Part shown: positions 29,595 through 39,696 of the stretch, one piece after another | How positions within the stretch are numbered: position 1 is the stretch's first letter | Layout: each line of letters begins with the position of its first letter | NCBI GenBank assembly: GCA_900315085.1 | Contig: OMXW01000004.1 | Span: 4,399-68,398 of the forward strand | Origin: an uncultured Eubacteriales bacterium | Lineage (GTDB): Bacteria; Bacillota; Clostridia; Oscillospirales; Acutalibacteraceae | Direction: 5' to 3' | Length of the DNA: 64,000 nt | Translations under genes and position numbers: made by a program | Notes under the pieces: generated by a model | The model's input: only the letters and a program-made list of their open reading frames with translations | What the model was told of the DNA's origin: nothing | Databases searched by the model: none

Positions 29595-29601
29595 TCACTA
29601 T

Positions 29602-29634
29602 AGACCATTCTGTTGCACTGCAGGATGGTCTTTT
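29602..29634 (+). terminator. Terminator after the ybeY-like gene
   Basis: agaccattctg...caggatggtct plus T-run. Confidence 0.65.
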
Positions 29635-29651
29635 CATTATCGAAAGGAAAA

Positions 29652-31544
29652 ATGAATAAAATGGAGAAGAATATCAAATATTTTAAACTGCTTTCCGAAA
29701 AATATCCTACAGTGAGCTCGCTTTCGCGCGAGATAATCAATCTCAGTGCGATTTTGAATCTTCCAAAGGGCACCGAGCATTTTATGAGTGATCTTCACGG
29801 CGAGTTTGAGGCGTTTTATCATATTATCAATAACTGCTCTGGAGTGGTGCGCGAAAAGATAGATATGCTCTTTAGTGACAGTCTTAGCAGCGACGAGCGC
29901 AATGAAATCTGCATGTTCATCTACTATCCGGTCGAAAAGCTAAATCAGCTGAAAAAGCGCGGGGCAAACACCGAAAACTGGTACAAGACCGCAATCAACC
30001 GTTTGATTCTGATTGCCAAAACCCTTTCCTCAAAATACACGCGGTCAAAGGTGCGCAAGGCATTGCCTGCGGACTACGCCTATATAATCGACGAATTTCT
30101 GCACGCTCAGAAGGACGAGGACAACAATCAGGTGCGCTACCACCGCGAGATTTTAAATACAATAATCGAAATCGATCCCGACGGATTTTTGATTGCGCTG
30201 GCACAGCTTGTAAAGCGGCTGGCGGTTGACAGGCTGCATATAGTGGGCGATATTTTTGACAGGGGAGAGTCGGCCGAGAAAATTGTTGAGCTGCTTATGA
30301 CCTGCCATTCGCTCGACATTGAGTGGGGCAACCACGACATACTCTGGATGGGAGCCGCCGCAGGCAGCAACGCGTGCATAGCTAACGTTGTGCGCAACGC
30401 GATTAAGTATAACACTGTCAAAACGCTTGAAAACGGTTACGGAATCAGCCTGCGCAACCTTGCGCTTTACGCGGAGAAAACCTACTCGGGCAAAACTCCG
30501 ATGGACGCCGCGTTGAAGGCGATCGAGGTTATCCAGTTCAAGCTTGAGGGGCATGTAATTCTTCGCCACCCCGAATATGAAATGAACGACCGATTGCTGC
30601 TCGACAAGATAAATCTTGAAAAGAGCACCGTTGTGTCTGAGGGAGTAGAATATAAACTGAACGACGTTGAGTTCCCGACGTTGGTTATGGGCGACTGCTA
30701 CACGCTCGACGAGGAGGAGAGCTTCATCATTGACGACCTGAGAAGCTCGTTCTTGAACAGCGCGACAATGCAAAAGCACGCGGCATTTTTGTATGAAAAG
30801 GGCTGCTTGTATAAACGCTTCAACGGAAATCTGCTGTATCACGGCTGCGTTCCGCTCGACGAAAACGGAAACCTTGAAGAAATATCGCTGTTCGGAGAGC
30901 CTTGCTCAGGCAGAAAATTCTTTGACCTCGCTGAGGAAAAAGCGCGCAGAGCCTTTCTTTCGGGGCAGCGCGACAAGGACGACACCGATTTTCTCTGGTA
31001 CCTCTGGTGCGGCAGAAAGTCGCCTTTGTGCGGACGAAACATCAAGACCTTTGAGCGTGCGTTTATCTCGGACGAAAGCGCGTGGAGCGAGGAAAAGAAT
31101 CCGTACTACAGCTACTACACCACCCGCGAAACCTGCGAGATGATACTTCGTGAGTTCGGACTCGGCGGCAGCGCGTCTCACATAGTCAACGGCCATACTC
31201 CCATAAAAACAGGCAAGGGAGAGCTCCCGATCAAAGCGGACGGCAAGCTGCTTGTAATTGACGGCGGCTTCTGCAAGGCTTACCACAAAACCACGGGAAT
31301 AGCTGGCTACACTCTGATTTTTAATTCGCACGGACTAAGGATCAAGGCTCACGAGCCGTTTGAAACCGTGACAAAGGCGATTGAACAGAACATCGATATC
31401 GTATCAAGCTCCGAGATCATCGAAACCGAAAACCACCGCGTAATGGTGCGCGACACCGACAACGGCGCGGAAATCCAGGAGGAAATCGCCGATTTAAAAC
31501 AGCTTTTAAGATATTACAACGATGGAATACTCATGCCCGAATAA
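29652..31544 (+). CDS. fbp: Fructose-1,6-bisphosphatase class III (Firmicutes type)
   Basis: LNLPKGTEHFMSDLHGE, HIVGDIFDRG, WGNHD, NGHTP, IDGGF. Confidence 0.96.
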   Translation: MNKMEKNIKYFKLLSEKYPTVSSLSREIINLSAILNLPKGTEHFMSDLHGEFEAFYHIINNCSGVVREKIDMLFSDSLSSDERNEICMFIYYPVEKLNQLKKRGANTENWYKTAINRLILIAKTLSSKYTRSKVRKALPADYAYIIDEFLHAQKDEDNNQVRYHREILNTIIEIDPDGFLIALAQLVKRLAVDRLHIVGDIFDRGESAEKIVELLMTCHSLDIEWGNHDILWMGAAAGSNACIANVVRNAIKYNTVKTLENGYGISLRNLALYAEKTYSGKTPMDAALKAIEVIQFKLEGHVILRHPEYEMNDRLLLDKINLEKSTVVSEGVEYKLNDVEFPTLVMGDCYTLDEEESFIIDDLRSSFLNSATMQKHAAFLYEKGCLYKRFNGNLLYHGCVPLDENGNLEEISLFGEPCSGRKFFDLAEEKARRAFLSGQRDKDDTDFLWYLWCGRKSPLCGRNIKTFERAFISDESAWSEEKNPYYSYYTTRETCEMILREFGLGGSASHIVNGHTPIKTGKGELPIKADGKLLVIDGGFCKAYHKTTGIAGYTLIFNSHGLRIKAHEPFETVTKAIEQNIDIVSSSEIIETENHRVMVRDTDNGAEIQEEIADLKQLLRYYNDGILMPE

Positions 31545-31559
31545 CTGCTTTGTAAAGAC

Positions 31560-31599
31560 ATCCCCTGAACAGGAAGATTTTCTGTTCAGGGGATTTTTT
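31560..31599 (+). terminator. Terminator after fbp
   Basis: atcccctgaacag...ctgttcaggggat plus T-run. Confidence 0.8.
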
Positions 31600-31618
31600 C
31601 GGCTCCGTCAGGTAAAAC

Positions 31619-31726
31619 TGTCATTCCGACTAAGCGAAGCGCATGGAGGAATCCCCAAAATAGTAAGCCAGCAGTTTTTTCGGCTCTCCTGCGCAAGGGG
31701 AACTGTCAGCGAAGCTGACTGAGGGG
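31619..31726. repeat. REP cluster: one family A half plus one family C half
   Basis: tgtcattccgac...ggaggaatcccc (31619-31656); ctctcct..aggggaactgtcagcgaagctgactgagggg (31681-31726). Confidence 0.75.
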
Positions 31727-31745
31727 TCGCAACTACAAAAAATAT

Positions 31746-31859
31746 AAAAACTTAAAAATATTTAAGCGTTTTTTAAGGTTAGCGTATTATCATACAGTCA
31801 AACAAAAGGAAAGCAAAAAACAAAATAAAAAAACTTAAAAAATTTAAGAGTTTTTTAAG
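31746..31859 (+). promoter_or_regulatory. Duplicated operator with TTTAAG direct repeats at 11-bp period
   Basis: aaaaacttaaaaatatttaagcgttttttaag (31746-31777) and aaaaacttaaaaaatttaagagttttttaag (31829-31859). Confidence 0.6.
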
Positions 31860-31907
31860 CTTCACCTTTTAAACTTAAACCATAACAGATAGCAAGGAGG
31901 CGTTTTC

Positions 31908-32636
31908 ATGGGTATTCAAACTGTTTTTGAAAGAACCGAGAAAAAATATATTCTTACAATCAGCCAGCGCAACAGGCTGCTTGAGGCAATCGGAAAATAT
32001 ATAAGAGAGGATGAATACGGCGAAAGCACGATTTGCAGTCTGTATTTTGATACAGATAATTTTCAGCTTATTCGCAATTCGATTGAAAAACCTGCATACA
32101 AGGAAAAGCTCAGACTTCGCTGCTACTCAACGCCGAAACACGACAGCAACGTTTTTCTTGAACTGAAAAAGAAATATAACGGCGTGGTATACAAACGCCG
32201 CAGAACTCTAAAATATGATTTGGCGATGAACTACATCAACAACGGCGTACTTCCGGACGATTCACAAATCATGAAGGAAATCGACTGGACGATGAATTTT
32301 TACAAAGACATTCAGCCGAGGATGTTCATCGCATACGACAGAACAGCATACTACAGCAAAACAGACCACGAGCTGAGAATCACCTTTGACCGCAACGTAA
32401 GGTTCCGCGACACCGACCTCGATTTGGCGTCAGGCAGCTACGGCGAAGTGATTTTGGATAAAAAGCTGTGCATCATGGAGATTAAAGCCTTGCAGGCAAT
32501 GCCGATTTGGCTTACCGAGATTTTAAACGAGCTCAAAATTTTCCCGGGTTCGTTCTCAAAATACGGAACAGCCTATCAGCTTACACAGGACAGAAAAAAG
32601 AACGGAGTTTATAACGGAGGTAAGAACTGTGCTTGA
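31908..32636 (+). CDS. VTC/CYTH polyphosphate polymerase-domain protein
   Basis: FERTEKKY, SLYFDT, YKEKLRLR, FLELKKK, LRITFD, MEIK, FSKY. Confidence 0.92.
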   Translation: MGIQTVFERTEKKYILTISQRNRLLEAIGKYIREDEYGESTICSLYFDTDNFQLIRNSIEKPAYKEKLRLRCYSTPKHDSNVFLELKKKYNGVVYKRRRTLKYDLAMNYINNGVLPDDSQIMKEIDWTMNFYKDIQPRMFIAYDRTAYYSKTDHELRITFDRNVRFRDTDLDLASGSYGEVILDKKLCIMEIKALQAMPIWLTEILNELKIFPGSFSKYGTAYQLTQDRKKNGVYNGGKNCA

Positions 32637-33243
32637 TACTTTATTTTCACCAATATTTTCAGGAACTTTTACAATATCATCTTATTTGATTTGCACCGCG
32701 ACCTCGCTGGTGCTCGGAGCAATAATCGCATTTGCGTCGGGTTTCCGCAGCAGACAGAGCAAAAGCTTTTTGCTGGCGCTGTTCTTACTGCCGGCAATAG
32801 TTCAGACGGTAATCATGCTGGTTAACGGCAGCGTAGGAACCGCCGTAGCGGTAATGGGAGCCTTTTCGCTGGTACGTTTCAGAAGCGCACCCGGAAGCGC
32901 AAAGGAAATCGTAAGCATCTTCCTTGCAATGGCTGCAGGACTTGCCACAGCGGTCGGATATGTAGCTCTGGCGGCAATATTCGTAATCATCATTTGTCTG
33001 GTTATCATCTGCGCAAACTTCGTGAACATCAAGGAAAAGGACGATTTGTTCCGCGAACTCAGAATAACAATTCCCGAATCCTTGAATTACGCTCAAAACA
33101 TGGGCAGCCTTTACAAGCTTATCTACAAAATCAGACTCAACAAAGAGGACGATATCCAGGATTTCATCAACGATTTAAGATGCCGCAACGGCAACCTTGA
33201 AATCTCAATCATGATCCCGCCCACAGGCGAGAACATTCTTTAA
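32629..33243 (+). CDS. DUF4956 membrane protein (possible internal in-frame deletion)
   Basis: GAFSLVRFRSAPGSAKEI, NMGSLY.L.Y, LRCRNGNLEI; GTG start. Confidence 0.88.
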   Translation: MLDTLFSPIFSGTFTISSYLICTATSLVLGAIIAFASGFRSRQSKSFLLALFLLPAIVQTVIMLVNGSVGTAVAVMGAFSLVRFRSAPGSAKEIVSIFLAMAAGLATAVGYVALAAIFVIIICLVIICANFVNIKEKDDLFRELRITIPESLNYAQNMGSLYKLIYKIRLNKEDDIQDFINDLRCRNGNLEISIMIPPTGENIL

Positions 33244-33331
33244 TCAGTAAGCATCCTAAAATTTACCATATCACACGGGGAGAGCTGCTCTCCCCACAAC
33301 CCTTTTTACCAACACCAAATCGGAGGAAATT

Positions 33332-35281
33332 ATGAAAAAGATTATGTGCGCGCTGCTTTGCGCGGCGTTTATGATGACGTTCACGGCGTGCTCGCAGAAT
33401 AACGGCAGCTCGTCATCGGGCAAAAGTACAACCGATTCTGCCGGCAACATGACCGTTGACACCGAAAACGTCAAGGAAGGCAGCTACGATTTATCATTCA
33501 CAAAGCGTGACAGCGACTCGTCATATGACGAAAGCGGCGCGGTAACAATCAAGATGGAGGATTCAAAGGCAACAGCCTCGGACTCCTCGGTAAGCGTTGA
33601 CGGCGCAAAGGTTACAATTAAAAAGGAAGGTACTTATGTGATCTCTGGCAGCTGCAAGGACGGCAAAATAATTGTTGACGCGGACGACAAGGCAAAGGTT
33701 CAGCTAGTGTTCAACGGCTTGGATCTCACCTCGTCGGGAAACGCGGTAACGGTCAAAAAAGCCGACAAGGTTTTTGTTACCCTTGCAAAGAACAGCGAAA
33801 ACAGCATAACAGACGGCAGCTCCTACGATGAAAAGATAGACGACACAGCCGTTGACGCGGCAATTTTCAGCAAGACGGACATCAGCTTTAACGGCAGCGG
33901 CAAGCTGACTGTCAAGGGCAGCTATAAGCATGGAATAGTGTCAAAGGACGATCTTGTTTTTGCAGGCGGCAATATCACCGTTGAGGCAAAATCTGCGGCG
34001 CTTGAGGGCAAGGACAGCGTAAAGGTAAAGGACGCTTCTCTCACCGTAACTGCAGGCACAGACGCTATCCGCGCAACCAACACGGAAAAAACAGACAGCA
34101 AGGGCTTTGTATATATCAACAGCGGCACGCTCAAGCTTACCTCGGGCAACGACGGTATCCAGGCGAGCTCGCTTATAAGAGTTGACGGAGGAAGTGTAAC
34201 AGCCACCTCGGGCAGCGGAGCCGAAAACGGCAAAACCCACTCAGAGGGCAACTTCAGGATGGACAGATTCTCGTCCTCCTCCGACGCAGCAGACGCCGAC
34301 AGCAACAAGGGGCTCAAGGCGGCTGACAATATCATCATCAACGGCGGAACGATCGAAATCAACTCCGCGGACGACGGAATACACTCAAACAACACCGCAA
34401 GCGTAAAAGGCGGCAGCGTAAAAATCGCAACCGGCGACGACGGAATCCATGCCGACAAGTCAGTTACGATCGACGGCGGAACCGTTGACGTAACAAAGAG
34501 CTACGAGGGAATCGAAGCAGGTGAAATCACCGTAAACGACGGCAAAATCAGCGTAGTTTCAAGCGACGACGGATTTAACGCCGGCGGCGGCAACGACGGC
34601 AACGCAGGCAGGGATCCTATGGCGGGAGACGCAAGCAAAAAGCTTATTTTCAACGGCGGCTACACCTACGTTGACGCTCAGGGCGACGGAATCGACTCAA
34701 ACGGCTCAATCGAGGTCAAGGGCGGCACGCTCCTTGTAAGCGGCCCCAACAACGGCGGCAACGGCGCGATCGACAGCGGCACCTCGGCCACAATAACCGG
34801 CGGCACGGTTATCGCGATCGGCAGCACGGGCATGGCAGAAAGCCTTGAAGGCAGCGGTCAGTGCACTCTGCAGAGCGATATTGACTCTCAGAACGAAGGC
34901 ACATCCTGCGCGGTCGTTGACAGCAGCGGCAATGTAATCGCCTCGCTCAACGGCACCAAGCTTTATTCAAACGTCGTTGTGTCAACCCCGGCGCTTAAAA
35001 CGGGCGAGACCTACAAGATCATCTGCGGCGGTACGGTAAGCGGCGCCGACGACCACGGCTTTGCCTCAAAGGGCAGCGTTAGCGGCGGCACAACCGTTAA
35101 GGAAATCAAGCTCGACACCGAAAACTACTCCAACGGCGGCAACACCATGGGCGGAGGTCGTATGGGCGGCGGCAATATGGGAGGCGGAGACCGAATGGGC
35201 GGCCCGATGGGCGGTAACGGTTCAATGGGCGGAGGTCCGATGGACAGGGGCTCGGCGAACAATAACTTCTCCGCAAATTAA
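33332..35281 (+). CDS. Cthe_2159-family beta-helix carbohydrate-binding lipoprotein
   Basis: Lipobox FTAC, GTYVISG, repeated DDGIH/DGIDSNG units, Gly/Met-rich C-terminal tail. Confidence 0.88.
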   Translation: MKKIMCALLCAAFMMTFTACSQNNGSSSSGKSTTDSAGNMTVDTENVKEGSYDLSFTKRDSDSSYDESGAVTIKMEDSKATASDSSVSVDGAKVTIKKEGTYVISGSCKDGKIIVDADDKAKVQLVFNGLDLTSSGNAVTVKKADKVFVTLAKNSENSITDGSSYDEKIDDTAVDAAIFSKTDISFNGSGKLTVKGSYKHGIVSKDDLVFAGGNITVEAKSAALEGKDSVKVKDASLTVTAGTDAIRATNTEKTDSKGFVYINSGTLKLTSGNDGIQASSLIRVDGGSVTATSGSGAENGKTHSEGNFRMDRFSSSSDAADADSNKGLKAADNIIINGGTIEINSADDGIHSNNTASVKGGSVKIATGDDGIHADKSVTIDGGTVDVTKSYEGIEAGEITVNDGKISVVSSDDGFNAGGGNDGNAGRDPMAGDASKKLIFNGGYTYVDAQGDGIDSNGSIEVKGGTLLVSGPNNGGNGAIDSGTSATITGGTVIAIGSTGMAESLEGSGQCTLQSDIDSQNEGTSCAVVDSSGNVIASLNGTKLYSNVVVSTPALKTGETYKIICGGTVSGADDHGFASKGSVSGGTTVKEIKLDTENYSNGGNTMGGGRMGGGNMGGGDRMGGPMGGNGSMGGGPMDRGSANNNFSAN

Positions 35282-35320
35282 TCAGCTTTCTCCACTTTTT
35301 TCATAATAATCTCCTTAAAG

Positions 35321-35351
35321 ACAAGGGGCACGCAAAAAGCGTGCCCTTTGT
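35321..35351 (+). terminator. Terminator after the VTC operon
   Basis: acaaggggcacgc-aaaaa-gcgtgccctttgt. Confidence 0.75.
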
Positions 35352-35365
35352 TGTATATTCAGATT

Positions 35366-35759
35366 TGTCATTCCGACCAACGCGGAGGAATCCCCAAAAC
35401 AGGAAACTGACTTCAATTGTAGGGGCTTGCATTGCAAGCCCGCTGCTTGTTGAAAAAATGTTTTATCTGTTTTAATTAATGTCAATTATTGAGATGACGG
35501 TAATCAAGGCTCCTTTTTAAAAGGAGCTGTCAATCACGCAAGGGATTGACTGAGGATTTAACTGCGTTAACATTTCCGTTCTATCAAAGGTTTTTGATGA
35601 AATAAAACATCATCTGCTAAATCCTCCGTCACGCCGCAAGCGGCGCGCCACCTCCTTTATAAAAGGAGGCTTTTTCAACTCATTTTCAAATTTTGTTCTC
35701 TTGATTTACGATTTGACTTTTTCTACAGTATGAGTGCGACCGCAAGGGTTCGTACCTAC
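35366..35759. repeat. Nested REP cluster (families A, B, C) between convergent genes
   Basis: A half 35366-35393; GTAG half 35419-35442; family C doublet 35506-35672; CTAC half 35732-35759. Confidence 0.8.
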
Positions 35760-35761
35760 AA

Positions 35762-37126
35762 TTATTTTGCTTTTCCAATCGCCTTCGCAATAATCTTTAT
35801 CCCGTCCTGGATTTTTTCAATACCGATTCCGGAAAAGCTCAGTCCGATCTCGTTTTCCGACTGATACGGCATCAGCCGTACAGATTCTTCTTTAAGGCTT
35901 TCCGTCAGCTTTTCAAACTGAAAGCTTTGTTTGAGCTGCACCCTTAAATACAGCGAGGTTTCGTTGAAAATCAGCTTGTCAACATCAAGATATTTCCTGA
36001 CGCAGTCGGTGATTACCCTGCTTTTTTCAAGGTAAACCCTGCGCGCCCGTCTGAGGTGAGCGTCAAATTTTTTGCTGTTCAGATATGAAGCGAGCGCAAG
36101 CTGTTCCGTTTTTGACGCGGTCTGGTTTGTGGCGGTTTTGATTTTTCTGTATTTTTCCATCAGCTTTTCGGGGAGCACTGCATAACTGAGCCTGACCGAC
36201 GGCAGCAGAATTTTTGAAAATGAACCGATATATATCGTGTTCTCCGCGTCGTAGTTCTGAACGCAGGGCATGGGAAGTGTGCTGTAGCGCAGCTCGCCGT
36301 TGTAGTCGTCCTCAATGATGTAGGCGTTGTTTTCCTGCGCCCACGAAATCAGTTCAAGCCGCCTTGAAACAGGCATATTGTTTCCGCTCGTTCCCGAAAA
36401 GTTAGGGTTTATAAGCACGAATTCCGGCTTGATTTTATTGAGCGATTCAATCGTCGCGCCGCTCTCGTCAAGCTCTAACCAGCAGATGTCGCAGCCGCAG
36501 CTCTTGAAAACAAGCTCCGACTGAACAAAGCTCTGACGCGCCATAGCCACCCTCGCTCCGCTCACCGCCACCGCGCAAAGCAGCGAAAGAAGCGGCTGCG
36601 TTCCGGCGGCGACGATTATATTCTCCGCGCGCGAGTTAACGCTCCTAACCCCCAGAGCGTAACGCTGCAAAGCCTCCCTGAGCTTGCGCTCGCCCTGCGC
36701 GTCGCCGTATGAGGTCAGCAGATAGTCGCTGTTGATTACCTCGCGCACATTCTTTTTCCACTGCGAAACATCGATTACTTTTTTATCGATACTCTTTCCG
36801 CTGAAATCGTACTCGTAGTAATTTAATTCTTTATCGGAATAATTATCGGGCGTTTCCGAAACCTTCGGCAGCTTGTCAAACTGAGCCGCAACATAATATC
36901 CGCTCTGCGGCTTGGTTTTTATGTAGCCCTCCGCGCAAAGCTGGTCATACGCCGCCTTGACCGTCGTTTTGCTGACGTTCAGGTTTTCGCTCAGCTTGCG
37001 GATTGACGGGATTTTTGTGTTGATTTTCAGGCTCCCGTTCTCAATGTAGTTCCTGATTGAAAAGTAAATCTGCCTGTACATCGGCGTTTTCAGGTTTTTG
37101 TCTGTCTTGATGAAATCATACAGCAA
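35762..37126 (-). CDS. MocR/GabR-family (GntR wHTH plus PLP aminotransferase-like) regulator
   Basis: PSIRKL...L.VSK.TV..AY.QL.AEGY, IIEDDY.GE.RY, YIGSFSK.L.P; TTG start. Confidence 0.93.
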   Translation of the reverse strand: MLYDFIKTDKNLKTPMYRQIYFSIRNYIENGSLKINTKIPSIRKLSENLNVSKTTVKAAYDQLCAEGYIKTKPQSGYYVAAQFDKLPKVSETPDNYSDKELNYYEYDFSGKSIDKKVIDVSQWKKNVREVINSDYLLTSYGDAQGERKLREALQRYALGVRSVNSRAENIIVAAGTQPLLSLLCAVAVSGARVAMARQSFVQSELVFKSCGCDICWLELDESGATIESLNKIKPEFVLINPNFSGTSGNNMPVSRRLELISWAQENNAYIIEDDYNGELRYSTLPMPCVQNYDAENTIYIGSFSKILLPSVRLSYAVLPEKLMEKYRKIKTATNQTASKTEQLALASYLNSKKFDAHLRRARRVYLEKSRVITDCVRKYLDVDKLIFNETSLYLRVQLKQSFQFEKLTESLKEESVRLMPYQSENEIGLSFSGIGIEKIQDGIKIIAKAIGKAK

Positions 37127-37203
37127 GCCGTCACCCCCTTATTAATGTAATAATACCATTAAACCCAAAAGATTTCAATATTATTGCAATCTTCCGTAAA
37201 CGG

Positions 37204-37232
37204 TTGAATTCTTCATCAAAACAAAGTATAAT
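37204..37232 (+). promoter_or_regulatory. Sigma-A promoter for the murD operon
   Basis: TTGAAT-17 nt-TATAAT. Confidence 0.7.
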
Positions 37233-37271
37233 AAACTATGTATGGATATTATTTATAAAAGAGGGATAATT

Positions 37272-38663
37272 ATGAATACATCGGTAAATGATTTTTTTGA
37301 AAGCGTAAAGGGCAAACGCGTTGCCTTTATCGGAATAGGCACGAGCAATCTGCCGCTTATCAAGCAGTTTTCGGACAAGGGAGCGTCGGTAATTGCCTGC
37401 GACCGCAAAGGCTTTGAGGATTTGGGTGAAAACGGCGTAAAGGCAAAAGAGTACGGCGCCCGGCTTAAGCTCGGCGACGATTACCTCAGCGATATCGACG
37501 CGGACATCGTTTTTCGCAGTCCCGGAACACCGTTTTATAAGGATGAGCTTGTTAAGCTCAGAGAGGACGGCAAGGTGCTCACCTCTGAAATGGAGGTATT
37601 CTTTGACCTCTGTCCGTGTACCGCAATAGCCGTAACAGGCTCCGACGGAAAAACAACAACCACAACAATCATCTCCGAGTTCTTAAAGGCTGCGGGAAAG
37701 ACCGTTCATCTCGGCGGAAACATCGGCAAGCCGCTTCTGCCCGAGATTGAGGAAATCAAGCCCTCTGATTTCGCGGTTGTTGAGCTTTCAAGCTTTCAGC
37801 TTATCTCAATGCGCAAAAGTCCCGACATCGCTGTTGTTACAAACCTTGCGCCAAACCATCTCGATATCCACAAGGATATGCAGGAATACATCGACAGCAA
37901 AAAGAACATAGTGCTCCACCAAAACGCGTTTTCAAAGGCGGTTGTCAACCTCGACAACGATATTGCAAACGGCTTTTCCGAGGCTGTAAGAGGTCAGCTC
38001 TGCAAGTTCAGCGTTAAGGAGAAGCTCGGTAACGGCGCGTACCTCGACGGCACAACAATCTGCTACAGCGACTACGGCAAGGTAACAAAGATCATGGACA
38101 TCTCCGACATCAGAATTCCCGGTATGCACAACGTAGAAAACTACCTTGCCGCTATCTCGGCTGTTTGGGGAATCGTTGACACCGACACGATCGTAAAGGT
38201 GGCAAAGGAGTTTGGCGGAGTAGCTCACCGCGCTGAGTTCGTAAGGGAGTACAGGGGCGTAAAATACTACAACGACTCAATCGCTTCAAGCCCCACAAGA
38301 ACCGCACTCGGAACTCTTTCGCTCTACGATTTCAAGATCACGATCATCGCGGGCGGCTACGACAAGCACATTCCGTATGAGCCGCTCGGCCCCGTGATCA
38401 ACGACAAGGTAAAAACTCTTATTCTGCTCGGCGACACCGCTCCAAAAATTGAGGATGCGGTCAAAAACGCGGATAACTACAACGCCGGCGAAATAAAAAT
38501 CATCAACGTCACCAACATGGAGGAGGCAGTTGCAGCCGCGGTTGAAAACACCGCTGAGGGCGATATCGTTTCGCTTTCTCCCGCCAGCGCAAGCTTTGGA
38601 CTTTACAGGAATTTTGAGGAAAGAGGTAACCACTTCAAGTCAATCGTAAACGGACTTGAGTGA
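37272..38663 (+). CDS. murD: UDP-MurNAc-L-Ala:D-Glu ligase
   Basis: SPG, TGSDGKTTTT, GGNIG, VELSSFQL, NHLD.H, YNDS, LSPASASF. Confidence 0.96.
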   Translation: MNTSVNDFFESVKGKRVAFIGIGTSNLPLIKQFSDKGASVIACDRKGFEDLGENGVKAKEYGARLKLGDDYLSDIDADIVFRSPGTPFYKDELVKLREDGKVLTSEMEVFFDLCPCTAIAVTGSDGKTTTTTIISEFLKAAGKTVHLGGNIGKPLLPEIEEIKPSDFAVVELSSFQLISMRKSPDIAVVTNLAPNHLDIHKDMQEYIDSKKNIVLHQNAFSKAVVNLDNDIANGFSEAVRGQLCKFSVKEKLGNGAYLDGTTICYSDYGKVTKIMDISDIRIPGMHNVENYLAAISAVWGIVDTDTIVKVAKEFGGVAHRAEFVREYRGVKYYNDSIASSPTRTALGTLSLYDFKITIIAGGYDKHIPYEPLGPVINDKVKTLILLGDTAPKIEDAVKNADNYNAGEIKIINVTNMEEAVAAAVENTAEGDIVSLSPASASFGLYRNFEERGNHFKSIVNGLE

Positions 38664-38670
38664 TAGAAAT

Positions 38671-39696
38671 ATGGATTTAAAGGAAATGATATTCGCCCTC
38701 TGCGGCACCTGCGGAGTATCGGGAAGCGAGGAGCCCGCGCTTGAATTGGCGGCAAGGCTTCTTGAGCCTTTTGCAGAGGTGACAACGGACGCGAACGGAA
38801 ATCTTTACGCTGAGCTTGAAAACAAAAGCGCAAAAAAGACAATTCTGCTTGACGCGCACATCGACCGAATCGGCTTTATTGTTACAGATATAAACAAGGA
38901 CGGTTTTGTGAAGCTCGACAAATGCGGCGGAATCGACATCCGCGTGCTGAACGACGCGCGCGTAACAACTCAGGACGGAAATATCACCGGTACGATCTGC
39001 TGTCTGCCTCCGCACCTCTCGGACGGAAGCGAGGACAAGGCAACTCCTATTTCCAAGGTATGGGCGGACTTCGGCATGACTGCCGACGAAATCAAAAAGT
39101 ACATCAAAATCGGCGACGCGTTGAGCTTTGTTTCAAAGCCGCGCATGCTTCTGAATAACCGCGTTACCGCTCCGTCGCTCGACAACCGCTGTTCGGTTGC
39201 CGCGCTGATAAAAACCGCCGAGCTCTTAAAGGACGTTCAAACCGAGTACAGGGTGGTAATTCTGCTTTCATCTCAGGAGGAAACCTTCGGTACAGGCGCG
39301 GTAACGGGAGCGTTCAAACTCAACGCGGACGAAGCAATCGCGGTTGACGTGAGCTTTGCCTCACAGCCGGACATTAGCGGACAATACGGAAAAATCGAGC
39401 TGGGCGGCGGTCCGATGATAGGAATATCGCCGATTCTCAATAAAAAGATGACAAACAAGCTCATTTCACTCTGCGAGGCTGACGGAAGAAAATATCAGCT
39501 CGAGCCTATCTCGGGCAGAACAGGCACAAACGCCGACCACATCGCTATATCACGCGGAGGCGTAAAGACCGCAATGGTGTCAATCCCTCAGCGTTACATG
39601 CACACAGCCGTAGAGGTGATTTCGCTCGACGACGTTGAGGCGTGCGCAAAGCTATTGGCGGATTATATTATCAGCGGAGGTGCTTTTGATGATTAA
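38671..39696 (+). CDS. M42 family metallopeptidase
   Basis: AHIDR, LDNR, QEE, AVDVS, RYMHT. Confidence 0.9.
   Translation: MDLKEMIFALCGTCGVSGSEEPALELAARLLEPFAEVTTDANGNLYAELENKSAKKTILLDAHIDRIGFIVTDINKDGFVKLDKCGGIDIRVLNDARVTTQDGNITGTICCLPPHLSDGSEDKATPISKVWADFGMTADEIKKYIKIGDALSFVSKPRMLLNNRVTAPSLDNRCSVAALIKTAELLKDVQTEYRVVILLSSQEETFGTGAVTGAFKLNADEAIAVDVSFASQPDISGQYGKIELGGGPMIGISPILNKKMTNKLISLCEADGRKYQLEPISGRTGTNADHIAISRGGVKTAMVSIPQRYMHTAVEVISLDDVEACAKLLADYIISGGAFDD

Noticed and set aside
35136-35260. ATGGGCGG-like tandem repeats as a DNA repeat element
   Set aside because: They are explained by the Gly/Met-rich low-complexity tail of the lipoprotein.
37127-37271. Riboswitch or pdxST target next to the MocR regulator
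   Set aside because: The spacer is short and AT-rich with only promoter-like elements; the divergent gene is murD, so no target can be assigned.
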